Shown here in pieces: positions 1 to 8,753 of a stretch of 64,000 nt of DNA. The position numbers and the translations under genes are program-made. Numbering within the stretch: the stretch's first letter is position 1; the number at the start of each line of letters is the position of its first letter. The notes below the pieces were generated by a model. The model saw nothing but the letters and a program-made list of their open reading frames with translations. It had not been told where the DNA came from and made no database searches. Source of the stretch: a bacterium (lineage in GTDB: Bacteria; Hinthialibacterota; Hinthialibacteria; Hinthialibacterales; Hinthialibacteraceae); the NCBI GenBank assembly GCA_963663405.2, contig CAXXSM010000023.1, positions 18,417 to 82,416 of the forward strand, read 5' to 3'.

Positions 1-54
1 ATCACCCATACGCCGAATATTACGTGACGGCGCTGTGTTGGTCGACGAAGCCAT
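1..54 (-). CDS. 5' end of a gene running off the window; possibly a PilB/GspE-type ATPase with an N-terminal MshEN motif
   Basis: ATG at 54 with AAGGA upstream. Reads MASSTNTAPSRNIRRMGD; RMGD resembles the start of the RLGxxL MshEN motif. Only 18 codons visible. Confidence 0.3.
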   Translation of the reverse strand, partial: MASSTNTAPSRNIRRMGD

Positions 55-327
55 GACTCACTTCAATCCTTTGGCCGGGATGCGAGATTACGGCTTCTTT
101 CCATCCATACCGTCCAGGAACTATCTCAACGGTAATTTATAAGGATTACTCCTTATCTATATTACTAATAATAAAGAAACGGGATTTTCCCGTTCTCGAA
201 TCCATTATCGGCAATACTTTATAAGAACTTTAGCTCTTTTTTTGATTTTTTCATAATTTTTTTTGTCTCCAATAATAGTAAATTATATTTTCAAAATATT
301 AAAATTTGATTATTTATGGATTGTTTA

Positions 328-355
328 TTGACATGATTTGTTTTCGCGTTATACT
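328..355 (+). promoter_or_regulatory. sigma-70-type promoter
   Basis: TTGACA-N16-TATACT in an AT-rich region, pointing to the ORF at 648. Confidence 0.5.
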
Positions 356-440
356 AGTCTGGAATTTGAAATACAAACGTCGTTTTCGAATACTATTATA
401 ACACAATTTTGTTTAATTTATTTAAATTGTAACCTTTTTT

Positions 441-527
441 TAATGAGAACTGAATTTCTGAGAGTTTCTCGTTCGCGATTTCTCCAGCGATTCATTTTCA
501 TCTGCAGGTTGTGATCTCACTGATGAT
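441..527 (-). repeat. ~90-bp fixed-spacing inverted-repeat element, copy A
   Basis: Arms 490-501 and 443-455 enclose 34 bp; leader GAGATCACAACCTGCAG present. Confidence 0.8.
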
Positions 528-647
528 TTATATGTGGATGCGATGATCCTTGGTTCTTTAACTGGTCGCGAATGGAACCAAGGGGAGCGAATCGCGAAAC
601 CGGCCACGCGGAGCATATTCCCTAAATTCTATGAGGGCTGAGGAGGG

Positions 648-1250
648 ATGGCTGTGCGTGAGAATGAATGGTATCAACGAAAATCGAGCCGGGAATCTCA
701 GGTTATTCGTCCGCTTTGTTGTTTCCGGTGCCAAATGCCATTAAAAAAGAATAAAAACAATCGATTAAACTGGTTTACTGAACAGAGATATAAGAAGAAG
801 TTATTTTGCCCGGCTTGTGAAAAACGAGACCGGTTTCTACTCGCTCATGTCAATGTCTGCATTCGTCTCTATGGGGGGATGATCTCTTTGCATGACATCA
901 TTGATCTATACGACAATCAGGAACGGATCGAGAAACTCTATTTTGACCCATTCGCGGATGTGCGCGGCCTTTACAAAGGGAGAGACAAACTCTGCATACA
1001 CGACATTCATGGATGGGTGGAGGATGGCGCGATCTTTAAAACCTGGAACTCGAAATTGACCAATAGCGCGGTCAAAGCCCGTGAGGAAATCCAATTACAG
1101 CAGAAACTTCTTGAGGAGAGGAAAAAAGCGGTCGAGAAGATCTGTGTGGATGTGGATGGCGCTGAAGAGGATGAGAAGGAATCGCTTTCCCGTCTGCGGG
1201 AGAGTGGAGGGGCTTCTATGGGGAAACATCGTTGGATCGCTGGGCGGTGA
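648..1250 (+). CDS. hypothetical protein with a putative zinc finger (CxxC...CxxC)
   Basis: 200-aa ORF with RBS GAGGAGG; motifs CFRC and CPAC; charged coiled-coil C-terminus. Confidence 0.7.
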   Translation: MAVRENEWYQRKSSRESQVIRPLCCFRCQMPLKKNKNNRLNWFTEQRYKKKLFCPACEKRDRFLLAHVNVCIRLYGGMISLHDIIDLYDNQERIEKLYFDPFADVRGLYKGRDKLCIHDIHGWVEDGAIFKTWNSKLTNSAVKAREEIQLQQKLLEERKKAVEKICVDVDGAEEDEKESLSRLRESGGASMGKHRWIAGR

Positions 1251-1423
1251 TTGGGTGGAGGTTTAATGGAGACAGGCCAAGCGAAAAAATGAGATTGCGC
1301 ATGGTTTAATTGTACCTTTGTCTATAGATCTTTTTTTGAATCACGGATGGCGCGGATGGAGATGGATTACATCGCGGAAGATAAATCGTGGTTTTCGCGC
1401 TTCTTTTTTTGAAACTGATAAAT

Positions 1424-1669
1424 GTAGGATGAGCTAAAAACGAAGAACAGTAGGATGGGCTAAAAGCGAAGCGTAGCCCATCATTTCTTCTACGGATATT
1501 GTACGGGGATATGTTCGATTGATCACGGGCGGGGACGCCCGCGCACCCGCACCGCAAACCATAAAAGTATAAGGTGGGCTACGCTTCGCTTTTAGCCCAC
1601 CCTACAAAATTTTAGCCTCATTGTGCGGGGATGTGTTGGATTAATCACGGGCGGGGACGCCCGCGCTCC
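1424..1669. repeat. BIME-like cluster of REP family 1 (GTAG-type) and family 3 palindromes
   Basis: GTAGGATGGGCTAAAAGCGAAGCGTAGCCCATC at 1450-1482 and an inverse copy at 1573-1605, alternating with a ~45-bp direct repeat ending ACGGGCGGGGACGCCCGCGC (about 1500-1545 and 1622-1669). Lies between convergent genes. Confidence 0.85.
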
Positions 1670-1689
1670 ATTATCTTCACATTTCCTTT

Positions 1690-2193
1690 TTATAGACTAG
1701 GCTCTATCACTCGCTCAATGATCCCTGTTGTTGAGTGGCCGTCTTTTTGGACTAGGTATAGTTTTCCGTTGTTGCGTTCTAAGATTGGGGCCTCGATCAA
1801 GTCGGTTCCATACGTGTTGTCTTTAACGTGAACATCAGGCTTCACCTCTTCGACAAACCGCAGGCTTTCCGGCTCATCGAAAATCAGCGCCATGTCCACA
1901 TAGCGTAACGCCCGAAGCATCACCGCCCGTTCCTCTTGCGGAACGATGGGGCGGAGTTCGCTTTTGTATTGCTTCACCGATTTGTCGCTGTTCAGACCGA
2001 CAATAAGAAAATCCCCCTGCTCTTTGGCTTCGCGCAGTAACCGCTCATGGCCGACATGGATAATATCAAACGTCCCGTTCGTCGTCACAATCTGTTTGCC
2101 TTCGCTTCGCAGACGCTCTAATACAGGCAGCCATTTCTCTTTTTCGTCAATGTGAAAGATCATACTATCCTCATTTTGTAATTGATTAGCCAT
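1690..2193 (-). CDS. rfaE2: D-glycero-beta-D-manno-heptose 1-phosphate adenylyltransferase (RfaE domain II / HldC-like)
   Basis: TNGTFDIIHVGH (HIGH motif), LIVGLNSDKSV, RPIVPQEERA, HSTTGII. Confidence 0.9.
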   Translation of the reverse strand: MANQLQNEDSMIFHIDEKEKWLPVLERLRSEGKQIVTTNGTFDIIHVGHERLLREAKEQGDFLIVGLNSDKSVKQYKSELRPIVPQEERAVMLRALRYVDMALIFDEPESLRFVEEVKPDVHVKDNTYGTDLIEAPILERNNGKLYLVQKDGHSTTGIIERVIEPSL

Positions 2194-2320
2194 TTGATGT
2201 AATCGATTCCTTTCTTGAGTTTGGGGGAGAATACGCTTTTTTGATAATTTTTACGGTTCATCCGGTAATTGAATAAAAAATCATTTTGGAGAATTGCGAT
2301 CTTTGTTCAGGATGGCTTAA

Positions 2321-2428
2321 TTGTCTGAACCATGATTCTAAAGATTATAGGATTACCATGATTTTAAAATCAAGAAAATCAAGTAAGACAGCGCCAGCTG
2401 GCTGGCTTTTTAATCAAGGTTCAGATAA
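2321..2428. repeat. inverted-repeat element, family 5 (TTGTCTGAA...TTCAGAYAA)
   Basis: TTGTCTGAACCATGATT pairs with AATCAAGGTTCAGATAA (15/17); related to 12108-12250. Confidence 0.65.
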
Positions 2429-2447
2429 TAAGGATCCTGCATAGAAC

Positions 2448-2506
2448 TGTAGGAGGGGCTAAATACCGGCGCTTGCGCCGGAGCCTTAAGCGAAGCGCAG
2501 CCCATC
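2448..2506. repeat. REP family 1 copy with a nested family 4 hairpin
   Basis: GTAGGAGGGGCT-[AAATACCGGCGCTTGCGCCGGAGCCTT]-AAGCGAAGCGCAGCCCATC. Confidence 0.8.
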
Positions 2507-2827
2507 ATTTCTAAATAACTTGTTGTCTATTCCCGTAAAACGAGAAATCATTATAGAATCAAAACTAGAACACGCAATGAGACTACCCATAGAATTCCTC
2601 CCACTGAACTATCCCAAACGCGACTTCGTTCATGGATTCGGCTTACGCAAAAGTTCTATATCCCTTCACCCGCGTGGCTTAGTTTCTACAATATCATGAG
2701 GCGCGCGGCGCGGAGGTTGACCGGGGCTAGTTATGTGAAATTCCGGTTTCCTATAGGCCCCGCCGCATGCGGTTTTCGGCGCCGTTTCGCCGAACCGCCG
2801 CCAATCTATTTATAAAAGGTAGTGGAT

Positions 2828-3661
2828 ATGGTATTTCAACTGACGCGCGATTTAAACGAGTTGAAGACAATCGCCAATCAAATTCGGATACATGTCGTTC
2901 AAATGCTGGCGAAAGCCGGTTCGGGTCATCCCGGCGGTTCCCTCTCCGCGGCGGATATTGCGACAGCGCTCATGTTCGGCGTTATGCGGCATGATCCCCA
3001 AAATCCCAAATGGGCGGAACGGGACCGGTTTATTATGTCCAAAGGACACTGCATCCCCGTTTGGTACGCCGCTCAGGCGATCGCGGGATACTTTGATGAA
3101 GAGGAATTGATGTCGCTGCGGCAGCTGGGATCGCCGCTGCAAGGCCACCCGGACCGCGTGCGGCTTGACAGTATTGAAGCTTCCACCGGCTCACTCGGTC
3201 AAGGGCTCTCCATCGCGCTCGGACAGGCGCTGGCGGCGAAAATGAATAACGCTGATTGGCGCGTCTACTGCATGATCGGGGATGGAGAAGCGCAGGAAGG
3301 CCAAATCTGGGAAGCGGTACTGGCCGCGGGGAAATTCAAATTGAACAATTTGACCGCGATCCTTGATAACAACAACGGCCAGATCGACGGTTATGTGGAA
3401 GATGTGATGCCGCTCATGCCGATCGGCGATAAATGGAAAGCCTTTCATTGGCATGTCATCGAAATCGACGGTCACGATTTAGATCAGATCTTTAATGCTC
3501 TCGATGAAGCGAAAACAATTGAAGACCGCCCCACTTTGATCTGGGCCAAAACGATCAAAGGAAAAGGCGTGTCTTATATGGAAAACAACATCGGCTGGCA
3601 TGGGAAAACGCCGAATGAAGAGGAATTGAAACAAGCGCTCATCGACTTGAAAGCCGTCTAA
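2828..3661 (+). CDS. transketolase, N-terminal (TPP-binding) subunit
   Basis: GSGHPGGSLS, RDRFIMSKGH, LQGHP, STGSLGQGLS, TPP motif GDGEAQEGQIWEA. Confidence 0.95.
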   Translation: MVFQLTRDLNELKTIANQIRIHVVQMLAKAGSGHPGGSLSAADIATALMFGVMRHDPQNPKWAERDRFIMSKGHCIPVWYAAQAIAGYFDEEELMSLRQLGSPLQGHPDRVRLDSIEASTGSLGQGLSIALGQALAAKMNNADWRVYCMIGDGEAQEGQIWEAVLAAGKFKLNNLTAILDNNNGQIDGYVEDVMPLMPIGDKWKAFHWHVIEIDGHDLDQIFNALDEAKTIEDRPTLIWAKTIKGKGVSYMENNIGWHGKTPNEEELKQALIDLKAV

Positions 3662-3708
3662 ACGATTGCGCCAATCGCACACAATCAGGAAAGGTATGGA
3701 AAGATATT

Positions 3709-4648
3709 ATGGCGAATAAAGCATCCCGTCTCGCGTTTGGAGAAGCGCTGGCCGCCTTGGGTGAAACTCATCCCGAAATCGTCGCGCTCGACGCGGACTT
3801 AAGTAAATCCACTATGACTTGTCTGTTCGCGGAAAAATTTCCCGAACGATTCTTTGAATTCGGTATTGCGGAAGCCAATATGATCGGCGCCGGCGCCGGT
3901 CTGGCGCTCGAAGGGAAAATCCCATTCGTCTGCAGCTTCGCCTGCTTCATCACGGGACGTTACGACACCATCCGCATGTCATGCGGCTATTCCGAAACGA
4001 ACGTCAAGATCGTCGGCACCCACGCCGGGATCGGTATCGGTGAAGACGGCAACAGCCAGATGGGTTTGGAAGATATTGGTCTGATGCGCGGTCTGCCCGG
4101 ATTCACTGTCATTCAACCCGCGGACGAAATCGAGACGAAACAGGCGATCGCATTCGGCGTTGAACACAAAGGTCCGGTCTACTACCGGTTAACGCCGCCA
4201 AAAACTGCCTGATGTCAACGGTGAAGACTATCAATTCGAAATGGGAAAAGGGGTCGAACTCGCTCCTGGTTCCGATATGACCATTCTCGCTACCGGCGGC
4301 ACGGTATCCCACGCGCTTCGGGCTAAAGAAATCCTGGCGGGCGACAAAATCAACGCCCGGATTGTCAACATCCATACGATCAAACCGATCGACGTGGATT
4401 TGATCGTTCGCTGCGCGAAAGAAACGAAGTGCCTCCTCACCGTTGAAGATCACAACATCATCGGCGGATTGGGAAGCGCCACAGCTGAAGTCCTCTGTGA
4501 ACACCACCCGGCGCCATTGAAACGCTGGGGGATCTTGGATACTTTTGGACAATCCGGCGGCGAGAGAGATCTCTATAAGGCGTATAAAATAGACAGCGAA
4601 GGAATCGCTGAAACAGCGGCGGGCTTCTACCGAAAAGTTACCGGGTAG
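3709..4648 (+). CDS. transketolase, C-terminal subunit (one frameshift near 4195)
   Basis: DADLSKST, FGIAEANM and GPVYYRL in 3709-4212; TIKPID and VEDHNIIGGLGS in 4241-4648. The two frames join into one normal protein. Confidence 0.9.
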
Positions 4649-4654
4649 CGCAAT

Positions 4655-4870
4655 GGAGCGCGGGCGTCCCGCCCGTGAAACAAACGTGATGGTCAATTAT
4701 CTGGGTAGCAAGGGGAGGGCTTTTTTCTCTTCTTTTTTAATTTCTGGAAGGACGCCAGGGCAGAAAAAAGTAAAGGCTCCGGCGCAAGCGCTGGTATTTG
4801 CCCTGGGCGCCCGTCGTGAAAAAACAGATGAAATCCATGGATACCCAGGGCAAGGCGTAGTCTGCCCTGG
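4655..4870. repeat. cluster of family 3, family 2 (with nested family 4) and inverse family 2 palindromes
   Basis: GGAGCGCGGGCGTCCCGCCCGTG at 4655; CCAGGGCAGAAAAAAG-[module]-TTGCCCTGGGCGCCC at 4755-4812; CCCAGGGCAAGGC...TGCCCTGG at 4844-4870. Confidence 0.8.
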
Positions 4871-4886
4871 TTTTAACAATCACTAA

Positions 4887-5567
4887 ATGAAGAATGAAAT
4901 AATCGTGACCTCTTCCGCAGTCAAATTACAAGCCATAGTTGGTGAATCGCAGATTGCCCGATTTCATGAAGATGTCTCGCCGACCCTTTATGATGAATGT
5001 CTGTCAAGCAATGACGCTTTGCGCCATTCAGAAGATACCCTTCACATCCAATCCTTGGATGAAGCGATCGCGTTAGCGCAGACAGAAGGTCCTATATCCG
5101 CAAACCGGATTCTTCTTGATTGGCGGCGTTTTGACGGACGGTTTTCTGAGTGGTTGATCTATCTCGCGCCTGCGCTCTACCGTTGGATTGGACGCGAATT
5201 CGCTCTCATTCTGCCTGAAGACAGATCTCCCACCAAAATCATCCCCGCTATTGCGGATTTGCTCCGCTCGTTGGAACTGCGATCACGTGGAATTCGTATT
5301 ATCTCCTGCCCCACCTGCGCCCGTTGCCGGACGAATTTCCCAGTTATGGTTAAATCGATCGAAGACCGGCTGGCCGCAATTGATAAAACGCTGGATGTCG
5401 CCGTCATGGGATGTGAAGTCAACGGTCCCGGAGAGGCGAAAGCGGCTGATATAGGTATCGCTTTCGGAGACCGGAAGGGAATGCTCTTCAAACGGGGCGA
5501 ACCCATACGGACTGTCAACATCGAAGACGCGGCGGATGTGTTACTCAGCGAAATTGAAAAACTATAA
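4887..5567 (+). CDS. protein with the IspG C-terminal [4Fe-4S] domain but no intact TIM barrel
   Basis: ISCPTCARC and VAVMGCEVNGPGEAKAADIGIA match the IspG cluster domain. Only 226 aa; the N-terminal IspG motifs are absent. Confidence 0.75.
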   Translation: MKNEIIVTSSAVKLQAIVGESQIARFHEDVSPTLYDECLSSNDALRHSEDTLHIQSLDEAIALAQTEGPISANRILLDWRRFDGRFSEWLIYLAPALYRWIGREFALILPEDRSPTKIIPAIADLLRSLELRSRGIRIISCPTCARCRTNFPVMVKSIEDRLAAIDKTLDVAVMGCEVNGPGEAKAADIGIAFGDRKGMLFKRGEPIRTVNIEDAADVLLSEIEKL

Positions 5568-5763
5568 TGTCTTGATTTCCTTTCTCTTCCGAAAAATCAG
5601 AACAAAAAATGTACATTTCCTCTATTTTTTGCTATATTCCTGTAATATATTGAGAAGTAGCCTTGGATAAGAATTCGCATTACGCCACCCATCTAGCCAA
5701 GGCTGTTTCTGTTGCGATTAAATATATGAGTAAATCTGTCTGAAATAGAATAAGGGAGGAATC

Positions 5764-7353
5764 ATGAAACGAATCGCCCGTATTCTTGCCATTTTCTTTA
5801 TCGTATTTCTCATGCCTTTATTTGGAGGCGGCTCTTCCGGCTGGACGTTTGAAAAACCGGAACGCATCGTCAATTTCAAAAAAGACAAAAAATCGACGAC
5901 ATCCGAACGAGACGTAAAAGCGTTTCAAAAAAAGGCAAGCACGTCAATAAAAAGGAATGTGAAAGCCTTCCAAAGAAAGGCCAAAACTTCTCAACAGAGG
6001 GATGTCAGAGCTTTCCAAAGAACAACAAGCGTCACACAATCAAGAGATGTGAGCGCTTTTCAGAGGAAAGCGACTCCCGTACCCACTCGGGATGTGAGAT
6101 CCTTTCAAAGAAATGTTACTCCCATCCCCACTCGGGATGTGAGATCTTTTGAACGAAAGGTGACCCCTTTACCCACTCGAGATGTGAGATCCTTCCAAAG
6201 AGAAGCCCCCCGTTTCCCCGTCAGGGATGTGAGCGCTTTTGAACGAATTAGTTCTCCCGGTGGTTCCGGCGAAAGTACAACTGGAGGTCAGGGCGATTCT
6301 GGAACACCGAGTGATGGTGGAGTATCGGACCAGGGAACGGGAAGCAAACCAAACCGCAGCCAACAATATAGAGAAGCATTCGAACCGGAAAATTACCGGG
6401 AACGTTTTCAATCTGAAAACTATCGCAGTAACCGCTCCCCCTATGGTTTCACCAATCAACAATTGCGATCCGGTTTCAGATACCGGAGTCGATACTATCC
6501 CAATGGAAGATACGCGAGAGATACCAATCCATCTTTGGAACCGGATGACGGGGACCGGGATTATTTGACTGGGGATCAGAGCCAGACGGATACGTCCGGA
6601 GCCGAAACGCAAAGCCAGTCCCGCGTATACTGGAAACCGCCAACGCCGCAGTGGATGATGGATTACAACCGCCTGCCTCCAAAAAATACGGGAAATCAAC
6701 CGCTTCAGATCCCGCAATACATCCCCCCGTTGAACGGGCAATATGGAGCGCCTCAAACCACCCCATCGGACAAAGAACAGGCGGACGAGGATCAACCGGC
6801 GGATACTCCACCGCCTGATTTGCAGAAGGGGGACAAAATCGACGAATCCGCATTGGATTCGGCGAAAGACAATTCTGAAGAAGCGGATTCTAGGGCCGCG
6901 GCACAATCTTCCAACAATGCGGAGTCAAACGCGCAAACGTTGAGCGCTAAAGACGAACTCGAACTGGGAAAGAGTTTAACTCCCGCCCAGCGGCTTGCTC
7001 GCAGCGGCGATTCTATGTTCGAACGCCGGCTTTATTACAAGGCTATCAGTCAATACGAAAGCGCGATGATCCACGATCCGGATGACCAAGATATCGCCAT
7101 TCGAGCGGCGCTGTCGCAGTTCGCCGCGCGCAAGTATACCACAGCGGGAGGAACGCTGCGGAAAGCGATGGGCGAGACTCCCGATTCCAACCGGATCTCA
7201 AAAATCGCGCGCGAACTCTATCCCTCAGCCAAAGAATTCAACCAGCATCTTTCCCGATTTTCCCTCCGAAGAAAGAGCAACAGCGATTCAAACATGGATT
7301 ATCTCGATCGAGCGCTGTCACAAGTCCATATTTCGGGTGATGAGGAGAAATAA
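5764..7353 (+). CDS. exported protein with eight 15-aa repeats, a disordered linker and a C-terminal TPR
   Basis: RBS AAGGGAGG; signal peptide MKRIARILAIFFIVFLMPLF; RDVRSFQR repeats; TPR-like GDSMFERRLYYKAISQYESAMIHDPDD. Confidence 0.8.
   Translation: MKRIARILAIFFIVFLMPLFGGGSSGWTFEKPERIVNFKKDKKSTTSERDVKAFQKKASTSIKRNVKAFQRKAKTSQQRDVRAFQRTTSVTQSRDVSAFQRKATPVPTRDVRSFQRNVTPIPTRDVRSFERKVTPLPTRDVRSFQREAPRFPVRDVSAFERISSPGGSGESTTGGQGDSGTPSDGGVSDQGTGSKPNRSQQYREAFEPENYRERFQSENYRSNRSPYGFTNQQLRSGFRYRSRYYPNGRYARDTNPSLEPDDGDRDYLTGDQSQTDTSGAETQSQSRVYWKPPTPQWMMDYNRLPPKNTGNQPLQIPQYIPPLNGQYGAPQTTPSDKEQADEDQPADTPPPDLQKGDKIDESALDSAKDNSEEADSRAAAQSSNNAESNAQTLSAKDELELGKSLTPAQRLARSGDSMFERRLYYKAISQYESAMIHDPDDQDIAIRAALSQFAARKYTTAGGTLRKAMGETPDSNRISKIARELYPSAKEFNQHLSRFSLRRKSNSDSNMDYLDRALSQVHISGDEEK
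5896..6258 (+). repeat. coding tandem repeat, 8 x 45 bp
   Basis: R-(D/N)-V codons start at 5908, 5953, 5998, 6043, 6088, 6133, 6178 and 6223 (exact 45-bp period). Confidence 0.9.
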
Positions 7354-7443
7354 AGGTTAACGGTATGCCATCCTGGGGGGGAATATATGCGGGCGGGACG
7401 CCTGTGTTACTCATCTAATATTTAAAAATGGTCAGGAATTACG

Positions 7444-7476
7444 CCAGGGCTGAAAAAAGCCTTGCCCTGGGTACCC
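7444..7476. repeat. REP-like family 2 palindrome
   Basis: CCAGGGCTGAAAAAAGCCTTGCCCTGGGTACCC. Confidence 0.8.
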
Positions 7477-7499
7477 ACCCGCATCTGGAGAATCTAAAT

Positions 7500-8282
7500 A
7501 TGGCTTGGACAAAAGAATCTGCGATTAGAGAAATGGAGTCATTAATCAAAGAGGCTCAAAATGTCGCTAATTATGACAAAGCATCGCCCGAATTTTCACG
7601 CTGGTATCTTAATGTATCCATTTTTCTTGAAGAGATATTTGGAGGATCATCCAAAATCGTTCTATCGTTTCGTAAATTAAGGTTTTATCCTTCGGGTTCT
7701 TTTGTTATTCAATCTTTTGATATTCAGGGAGCTTTAAATGAAAGGAATCATGGCGCTTTTATTGATGACCTCAATCTAAGTATTGGAATCATTCAAGCGG
7801 GTATTGATGAACTTTCTCGCAAATCTCTGAGTGAAGTATATCAAGGAAAAAATACTCCAAGAGAGTCAAGTATGTTAATTCGAGTTCTCTCATTAGCAGA
7901 ATATAAGATACGGAAAACAATACGAGATATACCGGCGAATGAAAAAGAAATACAAGATGCGTTCGAGAATTTATTAATTGGAGCTGATATCCCTTATAAA
8001 CGTGAACATCCTCATATAACTTATTCTTCAAAAGAGTATATTCCTGATTTCTCTTTTGAGAGAATTGATCTTGCGCTTGAAGTTAAATTTTGTGCACGAA
8101 AGGACAGAGAGAAGAAAATCATAGCCGAGATGAATGATGACATAATGGCATACAAGACAAAATTTGGAAATATAGCTTTCTTAATCTATGATGTCGGAAA
8201 GATAAGATTAATCGGGTTGTGCTATCAATGGCCGTCCAGATCCATGTCCGCCCATACTCCTTTTCCAATTCTTCTTCGCTAA
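7500..8282 (+). CDS. PD-(D/E)XK nuclease domain protein (REase DpnII/MboI-like C-terminus); 3' end replaced by an IS1 remnant
   Basis: ATG at 7500 after GGAG; EKEIQD...IPDF...LEVK...DDIMAY...FLIYD; AT-rich; the last ~25 codons read through IS sequence. Confidence 0.65.
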   Translation: MAWTKESAIREMESLIKEAQNVANYDKASPEFSRWYLNVSIFLEEIFGGSSKIVLSFRKLRFYPSGSFVIQSFDIQGALNERNHGAFIDDLNLSIGIIQAGIDELSRKSLSEVYQGKNTPRESSMLIRVLSLAEYKIRKTIRDIPANEKEIQDAFENLLIGADIPYKREHPHITYSSKEYIPDFSFERIDLALEVKFCARKDREKKIIAEMNDDIMAYKTKFGNIAFLIYDVGKIRLIGLCYQWPSRSMSAHTPFPILLR

Positions 8283-8489
8283 CACTTTTCTTTTTTTTAC
8301 AAAGGTCCAGAGTTCGTCCAGTTGGACCTCGGTCATCTGGAGGGAATGGAGTAAATTGGATAAAACCAAAGCACAGTGTTCACCGGCGCGAAGGATGACT
8401 CGGTTCACTGTGTCTTTATCAAGATTCAGTAATCGAGACGTAGATCTTTTCAAATCAGAATTTAGCCAAAGAGATGACGTCTTAATCAA
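8200..8489 (-). mobile_element. IS1-family transposase remnant
   Basis: HTH LNLDKDTVNRV, then VQLDELWTFVKK, an A8G slippery run at about 8290-8298, and EYGRTWIWTAIDSTTRLI in the shifted frame. No terminal repeats recognised. Confidence 0.75.
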
Positions 8490-8718
8490 GGTCTGTCATA
8501 ACTCACCTAAAACATTAAAACTGAAATTTCGATTAAACAATGTGAAAAGAAATCAAGCAAGACGTTTAAGATATGTAGTGTAGATCGCAGGCGCCTAGGG
8601 CAAGGTTTAAAAAAACTTATCCTTGTTACACATTCTCATCTGATTTTTTAAGAAATAAAAGTAAGTGCTCACTTGACGGGTGAATTGCAGTTAGAGATAA
8701 AATGGGGGTGAGATAATT

Positions 8719-8741
8719 TGCGGGCGGGACGCCCGCGCTCC
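8719..8741. repeat. family 3 palindrome
   Basis: GCGGGCGGGACGCCCGCGCTCC just downstream of hpnE. Confidence 0.75.
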
Positions 8742-8753
8742 ATTGGCTCTCAT

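Noticed and set aside
5896-6258. 45-bp periodic repeats as a CRISPR array
   Set aside because: In frame within an ORF, with mainly codon-level variation and no unique spacers.
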